From Octopus sinensis (lineage: Eukaryota): a stretch of DNA of 64,000 nucleotides. A program made the position numbers and the translations under genes. Positions within the stretch are counted from its first letter, which is position 1. The number at the start of each line of letters is the position of its first letter. Location of the stretch: positions 137,206,001 to 137,270,000 of the forward strand of contig NC_042997.1 in assembly GCF_006345805.1 (NCBI RefSeq), in the 5' to 3' direction. Of this stretch, positions 53,950 to 64,000 are shown one piece after another. The notes below the pieces were generated by a model, which was not told where the DNA came from, did no database searches, and was given only the letters and a program-made list of their open reading frames with translations.

Positions 53950-56900
53950 TTAAACTCACTTTCTACATGATCATACCCTGTTACCAAGAAAGGCAAACTC
54001 TACCAACAATTATCCTATTGCATTTATTTCCAATATTTCATAGCTAATGATAACACTGAATTTTTCTCTTTAATGACCATTTGTAAGGTTTTTGAAAAGC
54101 TAGATATTCTCTATAACTATCATCTCAAGAAATTTGGTGAAAACAATGTTGCCCTCAAAGTCTGCCATACAAATTTTTCAAAACTACCCTTCTACTGGAC
54201 TCCATTTCTTGTATTGGTAGCATCCTATCAGATTGTGCTATTGTATATGTTGATAAATTCTTTATGTCCCACACTACCAATACTATTGTGTGCAGGACTT
54301 AGTTTTGTCTTCCTTCTCTTCTGCACATCAATAATCTATCTACTGTCATGTTCAAAAATACCCATTCCTTTACAGATTTCATTCTTTGATTTTCCTTATC
54401 CACATCATCTACAATAATTCCATGAACAGAGACCTCAATAATAGCCCTCAATGGGACCTATGCTAATCTTGTCTCAATAAAAAAAGCTTTATATTAAAAA
54501 CATTGCACCACACCTACCTTGAACATGAATAGTACACAATTACAGTTTTTGAAGTCACAAATGTTGGGCATCACTATTTTTAAGGATCTTGTGAAATCCT
54601 TAGTATAGCTAAGACCATGTGCCAAAGATCATTTTGTCTATTCAGGGTCAAACATACTTCAGTCTCCAGACCCACTCTAGCATATTGCTTGTATATGTAA
54701 TTATGCTATCACTGCACACACATCCTAGACTTTAACCAGTGAAAGGCCACTTAACTGCTTGGCATAAATTCATAGACATTCTCTAGCATCTGGCCCACTG
54801 ACATAGTAACTCCTCTCTGCTTTTTCTGTGCCACCTCCACTCAGGCACTCATAAATCCCTTCCCTCCTCTTATGCTCAAGCCCTGCACTATTCACTACAC
54901 TCAGACTGTCAACCCCCTGAAGCTTCCTCTGTTCATATCTTAGCTGTACCAATTTGCAACAAATTAAGTTGGATACCGATCTCAGAAGGGCTTTGCAAAG
55001 ACTAAGCGCTGCTCCTTCCTCCAGGTCTAGCATGTACAAAAAAAGAAAAACATTTTGTTCAAATGCTAAATGACAAGATTTTGAGTATTATATTCTAACT
55101 AAAGAGTAATTTAATCAGATTTCTGAATAAGATTTTCATAAAAAGATTTGAATTGGGCACTTGTTTAGCTCATTGTGACCATATGCTTAAGAAGGACTGA
55201 GTGTTTTAATTTTCAAAATTAGTTGCTTGATTTTGAGTTATAATTGCATAAATCACTTGCTGCATTTCCTAGCTACAATTATTAAAGTGTTGCTTAAAAA
55301 TATTTATGGCACTTAAATTTTAATTGGAAAGAATGGTCAAACCAATAGTCAGCCTTGTCTTAGTTGATCCTAAGATAACTAACAATTATATAGATGCTGA
55401 AATTATAGGCCTGAATATAATCCATGAGTGATATTCCATTAGACACTCTTAGGCCAAAATCTCATCAAATCAGTGCAGCTATAATTTAATGCTCACATGT
55501 AACTGATGTAATTTTCTCCCAGAATATTTTATTATTGACATTCCATTCATTTACAAACTTGAAAATATCTTTATTCTATGTCTGTCTTCACTGTTGTAAC
55601 ATTGAGGTAGGCTAATTTTCCTAGCATTTAGTGAAGGTTTTCAATTGATAATGCATTGAAGTTTCATAGGTTTAAAGATAAATCCGTTTGAACATAACAA
55701 ATTCCTAGAGAGCAGGATCTAGTTCTGATAAAAATCCTTTAGTTCTATTACCCCAAAGAATATAACAGTTTCTTACAAAATGGTGAAAGCAGGACTTTTC
55801 CCTTCACAAAAAATGTCCTGAAATATCAGCTTATGTCTTAAAATTTCAAGGTATATTGTGGTTAAAAAAAAAGTCATCAGAAGCCTACTTCTTGATTAAA
55901 CTCTTCATTAAGCCATTATCTGCACTTGAACATTCCTAATCACTACTTGCATTAGCACCAATTTCATGCTCTTTTCTCAAGGGCAAGGCAAACAGACAAG
56001 ATGTTTACAGGTACTATGTACCTTCCCAAACCGTTTTGAGTATAATCACAAAATTAGCACTTGTCTATATATTTAACATCAGTTTTGCATGGTTTTTCTT
56101 CTCAAGGTCCGGTACAATCTCACTGCATGGTATCTTGGGCAAATTGGCATTTTCTATAACTTTGTATCAAATTAGGTACATGGAAACAGTATATCAGGTG
56201 GATTGTACACACAATTCAAAAAGATACAGGCTTGTAATGTTGATTTGACTAGTGAATTCTGTTTAGGATTGCTTCACCCCTTACATTGATTCAGGAGCAG
56301 GTATATTTTGTGGAGCCAAATTAAAATCATTAAAAACTGCTCAATATGTTTAATACAAACCAGTGGCATCATTTCCTGAAACTTCGTTTTAATGTTTGAT
56401 CAGTGTAAGGTGGTGAGCTGGAAGAATCATGACTGTACCAAGGGAAAATGCTGAGCAGCATTTTGCTTGTTCTTACACTGAGGTCAAATTCAGCCAGTCA
56501 ACTAAGCCTTTCATCCTTTTGGGTGGGTTGATAAAATGAGTACCTGTTGAGCATTGGGGTTGATGCAATCAAAACTTATACCTTCCCCTGACATTGCTGG
56601 TCTGGTACCAAAATTAGAAACCAATATTTCAGAGCAATATGCAGTATTTAAGTCCTTCCATTAATAGCATCTGTATGAGATTGTCTTCAGATTGCTGTTT
56701 TCCCCAACTTATAAAGCTTCTCTTCTACCTTTCATAATATTAAATTGGTTCTGATGGTATCTGCTTTATAACCAGAAATACATCCTTCCAGTAATAATCA
56801 AACTCTTTGGTCTTATGTCTGAAAATCTCCAACACTTTAGGGGCACAGTACCACAGACTTAATACGCTCAACTGCTTTAGAGGTGACATAATTATTTACT

Positions 56901-59337
56901 ATTGGAATCCTTGAGCTTTGTCCTAGCACTGGCCAAAAGGCATCTTAACCAAGCTTCAGTCAAATCAAGAACTGCAGTATTTCTCCATATTGTACTGATG
57001 TCATTATTCCCAAATAGATTATACTTATTCCGAACAGTCTTGTTTGAGTCCATTAATGTAATCCCATAGTATTCATCAAAATAAAACTAGTTTTATACGA
57101 CATAACATTTGGAAGTAGAAACTGGATGTTCTAACTTTTTGCTCTGTTCATTTTGCATGATGGGTATGGGTTACCCTCAGCAAAGGAGTAACTGATCATT
57201 TTAATTTTTCTATCTTTTATTAGACTGTCACCATGCCAGGACATCACCTAGAAGAATTTTTAGTCGAATTGACCCTAGTACCTTTTACATTTTAAATTTT
57301 AAGCCTGGTACTTATTCCACTGGTTGCCAAGTTATGGGGACGTAAACATGCCAACACTGGTTATGTAATGGTGAGGGAGAAACAGATACAAAAACACACA
57401 CGATAGGATTCTTTCAGTTTCTGTCTACCAATTCTACTCAAGGCTTTGGTTGGCCTGAGACTATAATAGAAGATACTTGCCCAAAGTGCCATGCAGTGGG
57501 ACTGAACCTGGAATTGTGGTTGGGAAGCAAGCTTCTGACAACACAACCATGTTGGCTTACATTTCCTATGCTCAAATGAAAGTATATTGGAGAAAACTTT
57601 CCTGCAGTTGGATGCTCTTCCTGTTATTAACTCTCACTTATTTTCAATCAAAGTTATAATAATGCAATCTATCAAACAACTTAGACATGCTTTTGTGGTG
57701 AACTTGAAGCAATTGACATTGCCAGCAAGGGCTTTGTATGGAATATCATGAGAGTGAACTTAGATTAATACTAGAGATAATCACAAATACAATTTTAGTA
57801 TTTGCTAAATGTTTCATTATGGAAACAAGATTTGAATGATTCATATAGCCAAAAAAGTCCAAAAGTTATGATCATGGTATTAGTTAAAGGAACCCTTGGA
57901 GTTGATGTTTCCAACAAATGGAGCTTGTGCCTACAGTTATGAAGAGGTTGGAAGAGATTTGTCTTGGCATGATATGAACATAAGGAACTACTCAGTCAAA
58001 AGAAGAGTCATCATAAAAGCCAGCCATACTGATGGTTAAAGAAGAAATGAAAACATTGAGAAAAATAAAAACAAAAGACAATCTGCAGTAAAAAAAATTT
58101 AAAACAATTTATTTATTGTTTTTTTTCTTAAATTTACTTTTCTCAAATTGCTGTTGGCATGTGATCTGGCTGAGGGCACTACTTGATAGGCCAGAAGAGC
58201 TGATCCATTTTAAAAACTGCTTTCTTTATAGTTTTATCATCTGAGTTGGGTTTTTTTGGGTGGGAGATGCTTTCTAGTCAACAGGGAACTCCAGGCAAAT
58301 TGTATGAGTAGAAGAACTTTGTAGGTGGGGCACAAGAGAGAGACCAGAAATTTGACGGAAAAGTGCAAGAGAACATAAGCTGCCAGCTTTGCTCCGAGCA
58401 TGAAACACAAACGTGGAAATGAACAGAACAGAAAAAAGAAAAAAGCTTTTGTGGGGAGGGGGAATAAAAAGAGGAATAATAAGTGACTAGAAGATTGTAG
58501 GCCCTTACCACCAAAGTTAGTCGAATATTAAGAGTTTCTATGTTATTAAGGTAACAAGATGGAAGTCCTGGAGTAAAGGTCTGAAAGTTAATTCTGGTTA
58601 TCATTCCTGTTTTTTGCCCACTGAAAGCAAGAACATTCTTAAGGTTAGTAAATATTGGTGGGGATAGTGGTATAACTTAGGGATTTTTCATATCTCGGGA
58701 TGGAAATAAAAAAATAGAAAAAATTACAGAAAGCTGGCAGTGTGGAGAATTTATAAAAGAAAAAAAAGTTTTCTTTACAATTTGAGCAAACCCTAGATTT
58801 TGAAAAAGTGTCTTTGTTAAATAATTTAAAAAATAAAATCTATAATTTAGTTGATCAGTAAGGGTGCAAGTGGTACAGTTGTCAGCCTGGCATTAAACAT
58901 CTGGTCTAAGTCGCATTTCTAGTAAAGATCAATTTAACCAATTTTAATTAACATGAAGTGCATAAGAGTGACAGGAGATTGAGATAGATAGAAGAGAAAT
59001 GAGACAGAAAGAGGAAGATACCATAGGAGAGAGAGAGAGAGATAGAATATCATAAGCTAGTGTGAGTAGGAAGTAGATCCAAAGCGAATCTTGAGAAAAC
59101 TGCTGAAATTTCAAAGAGCCAGGGAAAAAGATAAGCCGTTGTTTACTTAGATAAGAGAACTGCATTGGTAGCAATGCAATGAAACCTGGTCTGATAAGCT
59201 GCAATAAATGCAGCTTCTAGGAAAAAAAATTAATAAATAAAGGAGAGAAGAACAAAAATAAAACGGCTGCAATTGACTGCTTAAACAAAAAAACAAACAG
59301 AAAAACCTTCCAATATATAAAGAAGCATATTTTTGTT

Positions 59338-62300
59338 TTAATCCTTCAGATGATTGTGAGGGACATTCCAGTCAAAGTTGGTGTTAGAGGATGAAGAACG
59401 TGGTGGACCCCAAATGCGAGCCATTGGATTGAAAGGGTCATATGTACTGGTTGATGGCAGAGTCTCCTGTAGAAAAAAAAAATTGTTGGTAAATAAAAAC
59501 AGAATTTAAAAGAATAACTTCAATATTAGGAAGCAAAAATTAATTAATTGGATAGGAGACTGATAATTTTAAACTTCATTTCTGTATATGAGCACACTAG
59601 CATTGTGCTATTCAACAGTCCAGTCCACTTAAGCAGAATTAGGAAGGAATTTACTTCCGGTACATATAACTGCACTAGATTGATCAATCATGAAAAATCA
59701 ATTGATCTGATTACGCTCTCGGACAACAGGTGTTACAATAACAAAACAAAGTTATGTCTCCAATATAATTGTTTTGTTATTGTATAGTTAACAGAATTTC
59801 TCTACAATTGTGGTCCTGATTCAGTGCTCCTCAGTACAATTTGATAATCTGCAAGATGAACTGAAAATTTTTTCAGCTGTAGAAAAAAAAAAAAAAATAA
59901 ATGTGGACTTGCGGATAGATACAGGCTGGCTGTATGGTAAGAAGTTTGCTTCCCAACCACATGGTTCTGGGTTCAGTCCCATTGTGTGACACCTGGGACA
60001 AATGTCTATTATAGCCCTGGGCCAACCAAAGCTTTAAGTAGATTGATAGAATAAGTACCAGGGTTGATATTTTCAACATAAATTTCTTCAATGTGGTGCT
60101 CCAGCATAGTCACTGTCTAATGACTGAAACAAGATATATTACAGAGGGGTGGGGGTTTAGTCCAAACATGCCACATGCATATTTGAACAGGTAATAATAT
60201 TACAAGATATATCTTTTTCTTATTTCAGTCATTAGACTGTATTCATTTGGGCACAGCCTTGAATGATTCTTTTAATCAAACAAATTGGCCCCAGGACTAA
60301 TTTTGTTTTTTAAAGCTTGGTGCTTTATTCTAGTCAATTTTTGCTGAACCAAATTTCAGGAATGTAAACAAACCAACACTAGTTGTCAAGCAGTGGTGAG
60401 AAACAAGCAAAAAGGTACACACACATATACATGTGTATATGATGGGCTTCTTTCAGTTTCCATCTACTAAATCCACTTACAAGACTGTTTGGTCTGGGAC
60501 TATAGTAGAAGACACTTATCTTGTACCATGTGGTTGGGGAAGCAAACTTCTTATCACACAGCCATGCCTGCACCTATGTGTATATGTACTGCAAAGGAAT
60601 TTTCTCTAATTCAAGTGTTAACTTATAGATCATTAGCTTCAGTAATGAATTTTTATGTAAGTTACAACTGATTAAAGTAGTTTAGACTATGCATGTGTAC
60701 GATTTCTCAACACTGTATACTTATCTAGATTTGAAAGGGTACAAAAAAGTATATTTAAAGTATTTTGCTAAATGTCTAGTAATGATATATTACCCTTAGA
60801 AAGTTTTTATCCCTGAGTAGGTATAATGGTTTTTACATGTTTAAATAATAACAGATTAAAGGAGACGGCTTGCTTTATTGTTAACAATGCATATATTGCT
60901 ATAGTGAGGAGGATATTCGACCCTTTAGTCTTTAAACTAGCCATACCTGGCAAAAATATTCTACCTGCTTTATGGTGAAACTTTGCCAAATCTAGCCTCT
61001 CACACCTCAAAACTATAAGAATGCATGATTAATTCAAAATGATGTGAATAAATAAACATGACACTCGACAGTAATCTGGGTTAAACCAATTCAGGATATC
61101 CCAGTGAGTGGTAAGTGTCACCTTTATTAGCTGATACATATTCATTTTCATATGCATTTAATTTTCTCAATGATTTATACTAAAGGGAAAGGTTTAGTTA
61201 AACAACTCAGTGGTTTCTGCAGATAAATCGATATTTTTTTATTCCTAACTACAATTATTTTGAATATTTGCTTGAGAAAATATATCCAGATCTTGTAGCT
61301 AACAGAAATGGAGATATAGTAGATGAGGTTAACCATTTAGATATGTTATGATAAGGTAGTTTGAGAGGATAAGGTTGTTACTAGCATTTATAACAGACTG
61401 ATAACTTAAATTTTCCTACTGCAACCTTGCACTAAGAGTAGGGCATAATGTGTTTTCCTGTTAGGTTATTAGATACAGTAGGATTATTAACGAAGTTAGT
61501 GTATTTTTGGAGAGAAAGAAAATGTTAATGATGCATACAGAAAAATCAAGGTTACATTAAGAAATTGACAGTTAAAATTGTTAACTGTTGCTTGGGCAGA
61601 CATGCTCAGATCTTGAGAAAATTTGAAATAATTTCTAGTTTACAACTTAGTATTGATTTTTGGAATGATTAGTTTCGATCAGTTTCATCATCACCCTCAT
61701 TTAGCATCCGTTTTCCATGCTGGCATGGTAAAATAGTACTGGCACTGATCATGACTACAATTATTACCAGCACTGGCCAAACAAACTAGTTTAAGTTGTC
61801 AGCTCCCACTTTATAAGTTTAAATTTAATCTAACATTAAAGAACTTTAACACAAAATTCGAATGTGTGTGTATATATATATATTTATATTTATTTAAATG
61901 TATTTTAAATTCAGGGAGCTCAACCTAGTTGGTATGAACCTGCTTAAGGCCACCTATATTTAAGCATTCATAATTAAATTTGCATTTGAATGTTATAAGA
62001 TTTCAGTCAGTCAATATCAACATAACTATATACATATAAAAACTTTAGGTATTTAACTAAGCTGTTCCCCAATCTCCAATATACTGGAAATTAAAAATAT
62101 GCATTAGATATAGTCATGAAACATGAATAGAATACTTACAAAACTTGAAGTCTGTAAGTTGCCTGAAGTTGCCCACATGGTAGGGCTCAAAGGAGAATAA
62201 TTCCAAGGAGTCTCAGGGACAGAAGTTTGTTGCATCAAGTAGTTGGGCCAGTTTTCTATCAAATGAAAAAGGCAATGTTGTTAGAACTGGGGGGGAAACA

Positions 62301-63830
62301 ACAACAACAACAATAAAAAAATGTCTTAGAATGAAAACTCTTCTCACACTTACCACTTTTAACTTTATACTCTGGTTCAGCCTGAGTGCAGGAGGTTGTC
62401 ATTGCTGATTGCAGCAGGTTGTAATTGTAAAAGTTTGCTGTAGAAGAAAAACATTCTTCAAATCAAGAAGATACCAGTTGATATGGAGAGAGCAAGTACA
62501 AAATATATATCTTAACTTTTGAGAACATTATCAACATCATTTAAATTTCAACAATGATGGGTTTCATAGAATTAATTATATGGGAAGGATTTAACTTGCC
62601 ATCATTATTTAATGTCAATTTCTCATGATGGTATGGCTTGGACAGCTTGACAGGAACTGGTAAGGCCAGGAGCAGCAGTAGGTACCTTAGTCTATTTTGA
62701 CTTGATTATAGCTGGATGCTCTTCCTAATGCCAACCACTCCATACAAAATAATTTTATTTATCATTTTTTAGTTTTCTCCTGACCATAAAAGCTTCTGAT
62801 CTAATTTCCATGACACAATGAGGATTTTAATGTTGAAGCTTAATAAATTATTTTCTACAGAATCATTCACTACTGCAACTGAAACCATCTGTCTTATACA
62901 ATTTGTATTATAATCAAATAAAAAAACTGAGAAACCTTTATATGCAACATCAGTGTTCTTCAAATTAAATATACACTATAGAGAAATTAAATTTCAAATA
63001 GCAATAGTTACTCTAATTAGTCAATAAATTAATGAGAAAGAAAAAATTTACAGAAGGGTAAAGATAAAGACAAAACTTTCAGAGACTTCATCTAGTCAGT
63101 CAATGTAGTAGCTCCAAACTGTGTGGCATTGGTAGTACAATGTACCAAGTTGTAGCTATCCATACATAACTTGATCAACAAGCATATTTTTCATTAACTT
63201 CATTCCAATAAATATCTCCATCTCTTTCTATTTGTGACACCAGCACTAGAGTTGTTCAACACACTGGACTTCCATTTGTGGGATAGTCATATAGGATGAC
63301 AATATAGCCAAGATATGCCCTCTAGATTAATATCACCATCACGAAGTGCTCAAGTATCTTTTAACCTATTGAATCACTTTCAGTGAACTTATAATTAAAA
63401 TGACAGTTCCGCTGTTGATTTTGACAAGGAGCATTCAGTTATTAGACTAAGTGAACTATCTTAATTAATGTGTAACTGGCTGAGTATTCCACAGACATGT
63501 ACTCTCAGCATAATTCACAAGGCAAATCAGTGAAACAAGACCAACCTTAGGTACATTCCCTCCAACAGGTTTCTACAGTTTCATTCAACCCAATTTCATT
63601 CACAAGGCTTGGGTTGACCTGAGGGTATGGTTAAAAAAAAACAAAACAACTCATAGACAACAGTATAGTTGTAGTATGAAACTAGGTACTTACGAGCAGT
63701 TGAAGACATCGAGTTATTGGACGAGAAAGAGTCCAAAGAAAACTGAGGAGCTGCTTGGTTCTCAGACCCTATTGAAGTGTCAATGAGGGAAGAAGAGATC
63801 TGGTTCTCCCGGATTGATGGAAGACTGAAA
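59338..63830 (-). CDS. 3' end of a Ser-rich protein gene, tentatively TMEM131-like. Exons 63830-63694, 62437-62354, 62255-62140, 59466-59338
   Basis: Four GT/AG exons join in one open frame ending ...ENWPNYL...PWNYSPLSPTMW...|ETLPSTSTYDPFNPMARIWGPPRSSSSNTNFDWNVPHNHLKD*. The Y.P.....IW.P ending recalls the TMEM131 C-terminus from memory only. The exon structure is well supported; the identity is tentative. Confidence 0.7.
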
Positions 63831-64000
63831 CTGAAAATAAATAAATAAGGTTAAACTTTTATTTTAGTCATTTGACTGGAGCACTGTCACGAAGGATTTT
63901 AGTTGAACAAATTCTAGGACTCATTTTTTTTAAAAAGCCTAGTACTTATTCTATTGTTCTCTTTTGCCAAACTGCTAAGTTACAGGGACATAAACACACC

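Noticed and set aside
54050-57150. Possible old CR1/L2 fragments downstream of tubulin
   Set aside because: Only scattered motif-like hints; cannot be supported from sequence alone.

Overview
AT-rich, repeat-dense, intron-containing animal genomic DNA. The SINE/RTE families and the C2H2 gene suggest a coleoid cephalopod such as Octopus; this is inference and not provable here. I assembled the host genes by hand from splice sites: the 3' half of MND1 (+, 1214-5207), an 8-finger C2H2 zinc-finger gene (-, 9523-14428), a compact CCDC86/Cgr1-family gene (+, 23189-32272), a divergent alpha-tubulin ending in EEF (+, 46562-52094), and the last four exons of a Ser-rich gene tentatively like TMEM131 (-, 59338-63830). 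A further candidate spliced gene on the minus strand (33973-47655) is interleaved head-to-head with the tubulin gene. Mobile DNA includes a 5'-truncated RTE LINE, a Penelope-like element, a decayed Ty3/gypsy element, two solo LTRs with 4-bp TSDs, an ORF1-only Tx1/L1-like element, Helitron/HINE-type and piggyBac-type MITEs, and many tRNA-derived SINEs. The most striking observation is that the gypsy primer-binding site has no TGG and is instead the exact complement of nucleotides 1-12 (the 5' end) of metazoan tRNA-Phe. Other highlights are a tRNA-like Pol III promoter placed just upstream of a minimal hammerhead ribozyme in the Penelope terminal region, and palindromes centred on telomere-like repeats. 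Exon, LTR, TSD and hairpin coordinates were counted by hand; SINE and degenerate-element boundaries are approximate.
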